A stretch of 64,000 nt of DNA from Heterodontus francisci (lineage: Eukaryota), in assembly GCF_036365525.1 (NCBI RefSeq), contig NC_090417.1:7581850-7645849 (forward strand). The letters are read 5' to 3'. Below, one piece after another: positions 39,106-51,061 of the stretch (position 1 is its first letter; each line of letters opens with the position of its first letter). The notes beneath the pieces are model-generated. The model searched no databases. It had not been told where the DNA came from and saw only the letters and a list, made by a program, of their open reading frames with translations. Position numbers and translations under genes: made by a program.

Positions 39106-40809
39106 TATTGCCGATGCAAACGGCTGATGAGAGAAATTGTATTTATTCGAGTGAGCTTGAGTTTCTGGAATATTTAACCTGCTGAGATACGGATTCTCCC
39201 TTAGGTTCCAACTATCCAATTCCTTCTTTCAATATTGGCTTTGCCAAAAACAGCCTGCCGGATAGCAAGATCTTCATCCTGACAGTTAAGTTGCTGCTGG
39301 GTATGTGGCACCACCTCCATTTATCCAATTTGCCCATATCTGCCTTTTTGATTATCCGGTCGAATTATTGCAACCTCATTGTCAAGGTGGGTTCTTGCAT
39401 CTCCTCCTGTCTGATATAAATCAAGCTCATGAACCATGAGTGAGGAAATGGAGCTGTGGAAGGGCTGCTGATAAAGGAGGTTGATCGAGAATTCCTATTT
39501 AATGGGCCTGTCCATTTTGAGTTTGTGCACTAGTTGACTGAGCTGATGGTGTTTGATGTTTGACTATGTGAGGTCAATCCTGTTCTCACTCCTCTGTTGT
39601 TTGTGTGAGGGTTTTGGAGAGATGGTGATGGAAAGCCAATTTTTAAAAATATAAACTGTGAATGGTTTCCTACCCCTGAAACCCAGCTGTCAATAGACTT
39701 CATTCTGTATCTGTGTTTTATAACAAGGATCTACACCCTCACTGGGCGACCAGTTTGCATCCTTGTGTATACAGAAGAGACTTCCAAATTGAAGCTGATC
39801 CAGATTGATTTCTAATTTCCTGTGTAAACATTACTGTGGATTCCAGCAGGAAGTGGGGAAAAGAGAGATGAATCTTTTTATAAACTGCAGTTTATCTTTC
39901 AATCTGTCAACGAACAGAGTTTCTATTTAACCACTTGATAGCCTCGGCTTCAATTGGAGGAAGTAGAATCAGATAAATTCACGGCACAGAGGAGGTCATT
40001 CAGCCCATTGTGACTGTGCTGTCTGATAAAGAGCTATCCAGCCTAATCCCACATTCCAGCTCCAGGTCTGTAGTCCCATAGGTGACATCACTGCAAGCTC
40101 ACAGCCAGGAGTGAAGCCAATTGTTGAAGCCACCTGAAAAACCCTACATGTTAAAATGGAGTTTAGCAGTGAGCAGGACGGGTGCATTGTCGGATTATAA
40201 CAACTCCAAAATGACACTACTTTGATTGGAAATTCTGAAGAAGCTCAACCCAACACCTGGACCAGGCAGATCTGGAGTTAAAATGGGTAGATTCCCAGTG
40301 ACCAGACTCCTCTGCACCCATCCAGGTTACATTAGTAATCCTGACTGGTTGCTCAGTCTGGGGATCACTGCGGATCTGCCCGGTACAGGGATCGGGTTGA
40401 TGGGCTTCAGCACTTCAATCAAAGTGGGGTCACATTGGAGCTGTTTCATTGACACAAAATATGCCTTCCACCCCATCAAAAATCCCAAATGTTGACGTGG
40501 AGTTTTTAGTTGGCTTCAGCAATTGCCTTCCCTACACCACCGTCCCAGCTTTCTCTCCACCCCTCTCCCTCTATAACCCACCTCTCTTTCCCCTGCTGGT
40601 GGAGCACAACACCATGGCCAGACTCTGATACTTGAATGAAGCAGCCATCTGATGTCACTGGACATTTAGAAGACCAGCATGTCACCATGGAGAGTCTTGC
40701 ACCTTGATCCGCTCCTGGCCTGATGCCCAAAACAATGCAAGGGTCACTGGACAGCAGTCAGCAGCGGGATTTTGTTTTTGTGTCTATACTGCTACCTGGC
40801 TAGGTTCAG

Positions 40810-42960
40810 CCAGTAGGGTGGACCTGACATTAGAAGAAGAGAGCAAAGCAAGAATAAAGAACAGTACAGCACAGGAACAGGCCATTCGGCCCTCCAAGCC
40901 TGCGCCGATCGTGATGCCTGTCTAAACTGACACCTTCTGCACTTCCGGGGACCGTATCCCTCTATTCCCTTCCTATTCATGTATTTGTCAAGATGCGTCT
41001 TAAACGTCACTATCGTACCTGCTTCCACCACCTCCCCCGGCAGAAAGTTCCAGGCACTCACCACCCTCTGTGTAAAGAACTTGCCTCGCACATCCCCTCT
41101 AAACTTTGCCCCTCTCACCTTAAACCTATGTCACCTAGTAACTGACTCTTCCACCCTGGGAAAAAGCTTCTGACTATCCACTCTGTCCATGCCGCTCATA
41201 ACTTTGTAAACCTCTATCATGTCACCCCTCCACCTCCGCCGTTCCAGTGAAAACAATCCGGGTTTTTCCAACCTCTCCTCAAAGCTAATGCCCTCCAGAC
41301 CAGGCAACATCCTGGTAAACCTCTTCTGTACCCTCTCCAAAGCCTCCACGTCCTTCTGGTAGTGTGGCGACCAGAATTGCACGCAATATTCTAAGTGTGG
41401 CCTAACTAAGGTTCTGTACAGCTGCATCATGACTTGCCAATTTTTATACTCTATGCCCCGACCGATGAAGGCAAGCATGCCGTATGCCTTCTTGACTACC
41501 TTATCCACCTGCGTTGCCACTTTCAGTGACCTGTGGACCTGTACACCCAGATCTCTCTGCCTGTCAATACTCTTGAGATAGAACAACATTTAAGATAGAA
41601 ACAGGAGAGATAAATTGATCGAGGATAAACACCCTGGAATCCGGATGGATTGCAGCCATGCGTGTTGAACAAAGTTAGGGAAGAGATAGCAGAGGCACAA
41701 TACATGGATAGAAAATTCATTAGAAAGGGGAATAGCGCCAGAGGATTGGCAGATAGCTAATGTGACTCCAGTGTTTAAAAAGGGAGATAGGACAAGTTCA
41801 GGGAATTGTAGACCAGTGGGCTTAACTTAGGTGGTAGGAAAAAGAATGGAATCTTTATCTAAAGATGCAATAGGAAAACATCTCTCAACAAAAATATAAC
41901 AGTCAGCACAGGAAAGGAAAGGTCATACTTGACCAACCATATTGAATTCTTTGAAGAAGTTACAGAAAACATAGACCAGGGTATAGCATGTGGAGTCAGG
42001 GGCCAAGTAGCAGAGTGGATAGAAAGTTGTCTACAAAACAGAGAGAAGAGGTTAAGGGTAGCTACCGGGAATGGCTAAAGTTGGGAATTGGTGTTCCTCA
42101 GGGATCAGTGCCGGGATTGCTGTTGATTATAGCAATGATTTGGACTCAGGAATTGAAAATACAAATTCAAAAGTTGCAGACTGCATCAAATTTGTTGGGG
42201 GGTGGGGGGGGTAGTTAATATTGAGGAAGAATACCAGAAGACATTTGAGTAAACTGGCTGTGAAATTGTCAAATTAATTTGAATACAGACCGTTGCGAGA
42301 CAGTGCGTTTTGGTAGGAAGAATGAGAAGATCAGATACTCTGTGGATAATGAGAGTCTAGTGGTGTAGAAAAGCAAAGAGGTCTAGGATTACAGATACTG
42401 AAGATAGTGACAGGTTAATAAGGCCATGAGAACCAAGCATTTCTAGAGTACATTGGACCACACTTGGAGTTCTATGAATGGTCTGGTCTCCATATTATAG
42501 AAAGGATAGAGAGGCACGAGAGAAGTTCCAGAAAAAGATTCACACGGATGATTCCAGAATTGAGAGGATATGTCAGGAAAGGCTGAACAGACTGGGTTTC
42601 TCTTCAGAAAAGAGAAGGCTGAGGGGTGACCTGATTGAAGTCTTCAAAATGATGAAAGAGTTTGATTGGGGACATGCAGAGAAGATGTTTTCAGTTGTGG
42701 AGAGAAAAACAGGGTTATAAATATAAGACAGCCATGAATATATCTAACAGGAAGTTCAGGAGAAATGCCTTTAAGTGGTTCGAATGTGGAACTCAGTACC
42801 ACAAGGAGGTGAATAGCACAGATGTACTTTAAGCAGAAGTTACATGAGGGAGAAAGGAATAGAAGGATATGATGTTGGGATTAGATGAAGAAGGGTGGGA
42901 GAAGGCTTGTGTTTAGCACCAGTATAGACCAGCAGGGCCGAATGGCCTGGATCTGTCCTC
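40810..42960 (+). mobile_element. Old, heavily mutated CR1 ORF2 and 3' end, interrupted by a younger CR1
   Basis: Residual PEDWQIANVTPVFKKG, GVPQGSVPGLLL, WSPYYRKD and [14 protein letters not shown]; CR1 tail near 42950. Confidence 0.85.
40851..41573 (-). mobile_element. Young 5'-truncated CR1, near-identical to 27402-28117
   Basis: ORFs 41131-41589 and 40792-41118; long stretches are identical to the 27.4 kb copy. Confidence 0.93.
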
Positions 42961-44304
42961 GAAGGATGAGCAGGTAGATGTTAATGTGTTGATGTTGTTC
43001 CCACACATCTGAGTCACTCGCTGTGAACATGTAGCCTTGTGTGGTCATCGGAAAACCCTGACACAAATCTGGCAGCAGGAAGATCTACATGTCAGGAACT
43101 GATGGAGCTTTCTGTTCACGTGAAGACCAGTGCGAAAGCAGCTCAAGAGGATAGTCCAGTTTTCCTTCACTCCCAAGCACAGCTACCCCCAAAGAGTAAT
43201 GAAGAGGAGTTCACAGTTTTAGCATGCTGCAGCTGTTGGATCGTCACGGGCTGACCTGACAAGATGCAGAGGCCGATAATACTTGCAGAATTATTCATCA
43301 GTGAGGACGCTGAGCCAAGTCGAGGTTTCATGGCTCATTCCTGACTCAGAGGCACGTTGTAACCATGATGTGGCTGCTATCTGTGCCAAGTGGATCTGTG
43401 AGGTCGTACAGACAGTAACTTGATTGTGGGCGTGCATCATTCTGACATGAACAGTTATGTATCGTAAGATTCTCTGGGTCCTGCGTCTGCTTGTTTGGTA
43501 TCTTTTGGTTGTTGAATGATTTGAAGCAACAAACTGAGTTGTTTACTCACAAGATGAGCAAACTTTGACAACTGTTATCAGCCTTGAGGCTATTTTTTTT
43601 TAAAGTTAAATCTGTCCAAATGCTTTTGATCTGTTGTCTCTGCAGTTCTGAGGCTGCTGGAGCTTGTACTAGTGATTGTTTCTGACAGGCTGTGAGGGTG
43701 TGTGTCACAGATTAGGCTGGACCCTTCAATATATTAAATGTCCCCTCCCTCTGGTGTTTGCTTCTGGCCTCCTGACCAAGCAGCCTGCAGCACTCAAACT
43801 CGGAGGAGTACGTCTGCTGCATAGGCTGGCTTAGCAACTGTGAGAAACCAGCATCACAAGAGTGTTGATTCTGTCCGTTTCTTCAGCTGCTTCAAGTAAC
43901 CGAGAGCAGTGAGTTGTGACCCTCTGCGTACTATTGTACAGCTCGTGGTTGTATCCTGAACTCGCCTGACACATTTCTGGCTGCCTGGATGATGTGAAGC
44001 ACAAGACAATTCTCTGGTTCTATCATTTAGGGAACACTGGCTAAGACAAGTGTGATTGGAACGCCTGCCCTTCTTTCATCTTCTACTGAAGGAAGGCATA
44101 CTCTTAGCTAAGTGCAGAAAATAATCAACGGAAGGAACATTTACATTTGAAGGTTAGAAAAGAAAATATTGAATGATCTTGTTGGATTCCTGTTACTTTC
44201 AAGAGTTTTAAAAGCACAGCCCTGACAGTGAATCAATGGTGTGCACGTGCGTGCGTTTACAGTCTTGTACACTAAAGCCTGGCTACCAGACTCGACTCCA
44301 TGTG

Positions 44305-44521
44305 TCAGGTTCGGGTCGGCTCTATACTACGAGTCCAGCGGTCGGGTCGGGCTGGACACTGCTTCTGGGAAGTCACAGGATCAGGCTTACCCATGATTTC
44401 CCCACAACTCCAGCTGCAGGAATAGCCTGCTGCCCGAACAGATGAAGAAGATTCGTGTCGGGTCGGGTTGGGTCGGGCGTGAAAAAAAATTCAAGGACTT
44501 GGGCTGGGTTCGGGTTGGGTT
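44305..44521. repeat. Element with clustered (TCGGG)-type motifs, possibly a DNA-transposon end or MITE
   Basis: ggttcgggtcgg, gcggtcgggtcgggc, gtcgggtcgggttgggtcgggc and gggttcgggttgggt. Confidence 0.4.
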
Positions 44522-44584
44522 TTAATTTTAATATTATAATTTTAATTGATCGTGTGCTTATTGAGGCAGATAATCTTTAGCGCT

Positions 44585-44714
44585 AATGATGAAGGGTCAC
44601 TGACCCGAAACGTTAACTCTGCTTCTCTTTCCACAGATGCTGCCAGACCTGCTGAGTATTTCCAGCATTTCTTGTTTTTATTTCAGATTTCCAGCATCCG
44701 CAGTATTTTGCTTT
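44585..44714 (+). mobile_element. 130-bp Penelope-derived insertion beginning at a hammerhead core, 14-bp TSD
   Basis: TSD taatctttagcgct at 44571-44584 and 44715-44728. The insert starts aaTGATGA-A-GGGTCA-C-TGACCC-GAAAC-GTTAACT. Confidence 0.78.
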
Positions 44715-45639
44715 TAATCTTTAGCGCTGTTGCCTCATCAGTGGATAAAGCCAAAATCTGTTAGCGTCAATAACTTAAAGATGTATGGAAGTTACCTGGT
44801 CCTCATTGCACACACTTGCATGGCCCATAGTGAAGAAAAGCTGGGACAGCCTAGCCTCATGGTGCTGTTCATTAGAGATTCAGTGTGTTATAACTGGGCT
44901 GAGACTTGGTCGAAAATTGGGTTGAGCCTCAAGAGGTTTTGAGAAGTGGAGTAGTATGGTGACATACTGGAGGGGTAGGTTCGTCACTGTTGAAGGCATT
45001 TTGAGGTGCCCAGTGAAATGTACCACTTATATGCATATAGCAATATGTAAAATAAACCAGACAGTGTTGCTTGATGCCAGTGCTTCTTTCATTTTCATAT
45101 GGAGTGTAATTTTTAATTTTTCCTTGGTCTCATCTCACTGGCTATCACCCAGCCAAAAGTTGTGTGGTCAGCCCATCCCAGAACTCTGCTGCTACCCCTT
45201 TGACCCTTATTGGCTTAGCTTCAGGAAGGCTATGTACTGATCCTAAATAGAGGCTGTTTTTCAACCTGGTTTGTGGTGAGATTCCTGCGTTGTGTTTTGC
45301 CGCTTTCAGCTGGCAGAGACATCATAGAACCTTGAATGGTGTGTCTCAGAAAAATTCTCTTGGCTCATCCATCAACTGCTGAAATCTTGTCGAGACACAG
45401 GAATGTAAGATGTGGAAAGCAAGTATTCAGAACCTTCAGATTCCAGTCAGAATCAGTCTCTATACTGAGTTCTAGGCCATGTGAAAACCTGGTATCAGCA
45501 TTTACATTCATCTCATGAATATAATTGGCGATGAGGATGCTGAAGGACTCCCACCAGTTCAGTGGGTGCTTGCTGCAGAGTCCAATGCATTTTTGTTGCT
45601 GTGAATTGGTGGTTTGCTTTCTGCTCCCTTAATGCTTGA

Positions 45640-46230
45640 CAGCAACATGTTGCATTTATATGGAAGCAAAATACTGTATATGCTGGCAATCAGAAACGAT
45701 ATAGCATTTATATTCATCCAAGGCACTTTGCAGGAACATTATCAGACAAAATCAGCCACTGAGTTATGTAAGGAGATATTGGGTCAGATAACCAAAAGTT
45801 TGGTCAAAGAGGTAGGTTTTAAAGAGGGTCTTGAAGGAAGAAAGAGAGGCAGAGAGATTTTGGGACCTTGGTAGCTGAAGGCATCGGCACCAGTGTTGGA
45901 ACTATTAAAATCAGGGATGCTGAGGGGTGCAGAGATCTCAGAGGGTTGTAGGGCTGGAGGAGATTACAGAGATAGGGAGGGGGCAAGGCCAGAGAGGGAT
46001 TTGAAAACAAAGATGAAACTTTTAAAACTGCAACTTTGCTGGACTGGGAGTCCATGTAGATCAGCGAGCACAGGGGTTTGGGTGAATGGGGACATGGTGG
46101 GAGTTAGGATATTGGCAGCAGAGTTTTGGATGATCTGGAGTTTTTGGAGGCTGGAAGATGGGAGGCCAGCCAGGTGAGACTTGGGCAAGTCAAGTCCAGA
46201 GGGAACAGAGGCATGGATAAGAGCAGACAT
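45640..46230 (-). mobile_element. L2-clade LINE ORF2 C-terminus and 3' end
   Basis: ALIHASVPSGLD...LAGLPSSSLQKLQIIQNSAANIL...TPVLADLHGLPV...FKSLSGLAP matches L2 ORF2 (SRLDY...LQxIQNxAAR...LHWLP). Confidence 0.85.
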
Positions 46231-46983
46231 TGCTGGCTTCTTCCTCATGACTGGGAATGTTGTTAAGGATCAAGCAGTGGAGTGTGACATCAACAGTTTA
46301 CTCTGGTAGTGTGGCCTTCATTCCTGGAAGCGTTTGAGTTGTGGTGATGGTCTCCAGGGGAGTATGTTTGCACAGAATTCACCACTGACTGGCCCTAGTG
46401 GTATTTTAAATAGAGAGAGAGAGTGTATCTGTGTGTGTGTATATACCTAACCTTCAGAATGATGACCTCTCTCTCTGCTGGGCTAGCAAGGTATTCAGGG
46501 AGTTGCCAAAGCAGAGACTAACAACATTGAGATATCGATTCCCCCAGTGCTTGGACAAGACAGTTAGCCTCAGGACCTGTGGGGTAGACAGATTTCTGAC
46601 TCCGCCACCTCCCACCATCCCCATACCATTATCCAGTGCTCCATGCTGGCAGTCCATGCATTGCTCATGTCAATTGATGATGCCCTGCATAGTGGTCAGC
46701 GTGTGGCCTCACAGTTGATTGACAGCCCTATTGGAAAGGTACCAGGCCCAATAAGGAGCTAACAACTGAAAGAGGGGAGGGAGGAGGGAGTTCAGTTAAA
46801 GATTTAAGGAGCCATACTATTCACAGGCCGTCATGAACCCCATGCCCTCAATGTCAGTGGTGACTTGTGACACACATTTTCCCCAGCTTGCCAACTCTTT
46901 GTGAAGGAAGCAGCATTGATTCTGAAATTGAATTCCTTGGTAGTTTTTCTTGTACTAATTGGAAATGTTATCTTCTCTCACAG

Positions 46984-47090
46984 CTTCAACTTTTTGACCT
47001 AATCCCTTCTTGTGCTCAGGCACCTCAATGAGACTGGAGCACAAATGGTGATACGTCGGGCAGTCGGCTGAGAGCAGAAGCAGTAGTGGA
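46984..47090 (+). other. FGFR1: 5' UTR portion of FGFR1 exon 2
   Basis: Acceptor 'ttatcttctctcacag|' at 46983, with a branch-point-like 'tactaat' upstream. Alternative acceptor 'cccttcttgtgctcag|' at 47019. Confidence 0.6.
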
Positions 47091-47181
47091 ATGATCAGCT
47101 GCGTTCACTTGGTGTTTTGGGCTGTGCTTGGCATGGTGTCCCTTTCCATGGCCCGGCCAGCACTGACCTTACCAGAGCAAG
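47091..47181 (+). CDS. FGFR1: Fibroblast growth factor receptor 1, first coding exon (signal peptide)
   Basis: Translates to MISCVHLVFWAVLGMVSLSMARPALTLPEQ plus 1 nt, followed by the donor 'caag|gtaaga'. Human FGFR1 begins [30 protein letters not shown], with the same 91-nt phase-1 exon. Confidence 0.92.
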
Positions 47182-47329
47182 GTAAGAAATCCTCTGCCAT
47201 TGTGCTGCTCAAATTGAAAGATGTTGGTGCTGAGGGTGAAGACAGTCTCCATTTCAGGCACTAAGTGTCTGCGTCAAAGAATCTCAGGCACAGCATCGAG
47301 TGTCTAGGCACAAAATGTATCTCCATCTC

Positions 47330-47555
47330 ATACCAACATATGAATTAGGAGCAGAGGTAGGCCATTCGGCCCTTCCAGCCTGCTCTGCCATTCATTAAGA
47401 TTATGGCTGATCTGTTTGTGTTTTGAATTCCACGCTCCCTTCTACCCCTGATAACCTTTGATTCCTTTGCCTAACAAGAATCTATCCGCTTACACTTTAA
47501 AAATATTTAGTGACCCCCACCTCCACCACCTCCTGAGGCAGAGAGTTCCAAAGTC
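47330..47555 (-). mobile_element. CR1 3' end
   Basis: 'aggagcagaggtaggccattcggccc...cctgctctgccattc' is the CR1 tail in reverse. Confidence 0.75.
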
Positions 47556-47614
47556 TGCTCTTGCCTGGCAATATTCTTCAGCCACCATCTCATATCCTAT
47601 ACCCAGTGGAGGGA

Positions 47615-48022
47615 GCACTCAAGTCTCTTGAGTCAGAAAGTCGTGTGTTCGAGCTCCATTCTAGAAACCTGAACCTAGAATCCAGGCTAACATTCCAGTG
47701 CAATACTAGGGGAGTGACACACTGTCAGAGGTTCTGTCTTTCGGATGAGACATTACACCGAGGTCTTGCCTGCCCAGCTCAAGTGAGCACAAACGATCCC
47801 ACAGCCACTAAGAGCAGGGACGTCCTGGCCAGTATTCATTCCTCAATCAGTGTCACTGAAAGCAGATGATCTAATCATTATCACATTGCTGTTTGTGGGA
47901 GCTTACTGTCTGCAAATTGGCTGCTGCATTTCCTACGTTACAACAGTGACTCCACTTCAAAAAGTACTTGGTTGGCTGTAAAGTGCTTTGGGATATGCTG
48001 AGGTTGTGAAAGGTGCTATATA
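47615..48022 (+). mobile_element. Deu-SINE (SacSINE1/AmnSINE1-like), near full length
   Basis: tRNA head, Deu-type body and L2-type tail 'aaagtgctttggga...gaggttgtgaaaggtgctatata'. Confidence 0.8.
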
Positions 48023-51000
48023 GGTTTCGGAATCAGTGGGAACCTTTTTCACTCCTTCTGCCAAACATGCCCTCAGAATGGGAATTGTGGTTGGTGCTGA
48101 ATTCAGAGCAGTTTTCTGCTGTTAGCTCATGCTAGTTCAGAATTTGATAGGCACGAGTCACATGGGGACCCTGACAGCATGACTGGGTGTCAGTTTTTCA
48201 TCTTCTGCCCTGATTCTGTTAATCATTGTCCCAGACACCATGAATACCATTGGGCCACATTTCTTGTATTATTTCAGCTACTACCTTTTTTTTTCTGGTC
48301 CTCCAAAACAGCTCCCTTGCCACTGAAGTGACAACCTTCCATCACACATTTGGGAATGTGCTCTGGAGGGAATTTGGGGCACATTAGTGTGCATTTCCTG
48401 TCAGGTCATGTTATGATAAATTCCATTGTCTGCATTTACACTGGAAACTTTCTATGTAAACTTGTCACACTGTAATTGCCAGAGGAAGCGTTCAGTGGCA
48501 CCAATGGTGAAATTCGAAGTACAACATAAGCTGTTTTACAGGGACGGGTCCCATTATATATGTAGACAGAGGAATAGAAAATGGAAATGTAAAAAATAAT
48601 GACAATATTTGATATTTAAGATGAAGGCAGAATTAGGTGCTGACATCCTGGTCCAATTATCCGATGTTCTTTAAACCCTGTTTCATTTGAAGATAAATCT
48701 TGGCCCTGATTTGCCGTGTGCAATATCGTGGGAGATTGATGAGTGCACAGTGTGTTCACCTCATCTGCCTCTTCTGAATCCACCACAAATATTATTTCTG
48801 CTGCATCTAATTTTGTAAAATTGAGGTTCTGTGTGTTATTTTGCACAGACTGTGGGCCTTTTAATGAATAAGACGGTTTCTAAAACACACAAATACAGGA
48901 GAGCTTGCGGTCTGCAGAGCTAACAGTTTGGAGATTGTGTACACATGAGAGAGACTGCGTGCTGTCACTCTCTCCTCCGGGCTGCGTTTGTTCTGCTGTC
49001 TGGTGGCTGATGAGTCTGCAACACGTGTTGATGTCTTCAGGGCAGGTTGAGCTGCCTCACTTCCTCTGCTCAGCCGATCTTGAGTTTGCTCTGCCCTCTG
49101 CCTCAGAAGCACAAGCTTGCAGCTGCCAACAAGCTTTTCCTTTTGCTCATGCTACACCAGTTCTGCTTTGCGTGTCAAAGACTTGTAGGCTGGCTCAAGG
49201 CAAGGGGCTTTGGAGTGTGGGTTGTGATGAAGTAGCCAAACTGTTCAGTAGGGGTATGATTGTGGCTGAAAGTAGACTGTAGTCGGGAAAGTGCAAAAGT
49301 GCGATGTGTCTCTTCCCAGCATTGCTCGAATCATGTGGGTTAACGTGACTGTCTTTAACTTCCCTTGAAATTGATCCATTGAAATCCATCCCCACACCTC
49401 CTTCATTCAGAGTGAAGCACATTATAGGCTGTTTACACCCACAAGAGGAGTGTATGTTTGTCCAGAAAAGGGAGGAAGACAATTGGAAAAGAAACTTGCT
49501 GGGGCAACTGTGGTGGGCAGAACTGGCATGCTATATCACCATTAACATTTCATGTATGAAGCAAAAAACTGCCTCATCTTTCAGTTGCTTTCATTTCCCC
49601 TCAACTAATTGTTTTCCTCTTCAGTATCTATGTTGGTCTTGACTTAGGTGAGACTGTTTGACCTCTAGGCTGTTGAGTGACTGCACACAAGGCTGATCTG
49701 TAGCTAATGATAAGAGGGTGCCTTACAGAGTAAGATTGGCTGCCCATTTGCATTGTGTTTCACTTACTTTCTGCCCCCTTTCCTTGAGTGAGATTCTTGG
49801 CCTGGCTGAGAATGCAGGGCTCGAGGCTCTTCTGATGGAGAGAGAAGCGGGATATATTTTCACTTGAGGTTGACTCCAGGGTGTCTAGTGCTGGCGGTTT
49901 AAGGCTGGAGCTGTTGGCGGCCATGCTTTCAGTTGCCTCGGCCCTAATCTCTGGAATTCTCTCTCCTTCTTCAAACCTACCTCATTGACCAGGCTTTTGG
50001 CCATCTGCCCTGGTGTCTCCTTATGTGGCTCCGAGTCTGATTACACTCTATAAAGCTCCTTGAGTCGTTTTACCACGTTAAGGGAGCTATATAAATACAA
50101 GTTTTTGTTGGTGTTGTTGGGCTGTGTTAGATATTATGGAGTATGATCAGTTCAGACCAGAAATAAGAATTGTCCTTCCCATAGATGCTTTGAAGGTTGA
50201 AAATGTAACGAATCCTTCTCTTTCCTGCAGTCTGCCTCAGCTACCTGTTTTCACTGGCCTCGAGGTGATTTCAAATCATTAGAAAAAGAAGCAGAGGAGA
50301 GATGGGGAGAGTCTTTTTTCTGCAGAGATTTGTTGTGATCTGGAATGTATTGCCTGATGGGGAGGTGGAAGCACATTCAAGAGGAACATTCAGTGTGGAA
50401 TTTGCGGAATACTTGAAGGGGAAAAATTTGCAGAGCTATGGGGAAAGGCTCCGAAAAGGCAAGATGGGCCAAATGGCCTCTTCCTATGTTGTGTCAGTCT
50501 GTGAGTTATGCCCAAGCCTCTTTGCCAGCTCTGCAGTTGGGCCCAGCCAAGTGTGTGAACTAGACAATGATGCTGTGCTGTCATGACCTGACTTCAGGCT
50601 GGCACCTTTCCTGCATAGCAAGGCTTTGTGTTTGCCACATGGGTGACCAGTGGGTACAAGATGCAGGTAAGGCCTGGGTCATCCCACTTAGCAGTACTGT
50701 CTTTGGGCAGCTGGCATGGTAAGACTGGCCCTTTCACCCAGAATGGCCTCAGAAAATTCACCGTGCAGTTCTGTTGGTTAAACCCCCGGCTGCATGTTTG
50801 AGTGTTTGAAATGTGGTGCCAGCTATACTTATAGTGATGGGTGCCCAGGTAGTTGCATTTCAGGCTGTTCATTCACCCTGACACTATCTCTCTTATTATC
50901 ACCGCATTGTGGGTGCAAAAGCCACAACTATTCTCCAAGTTAAAACTTCAAAATGAAAATGATACAAGGTCATAAAACTCCTATGACTGTTCCAAAGACT

Positions 51001-51061
51001 GTACTTAATTTAACTCCAGAAGTACAATTAACGTGATTGATGTGGAATCCTATAAAGTGTG

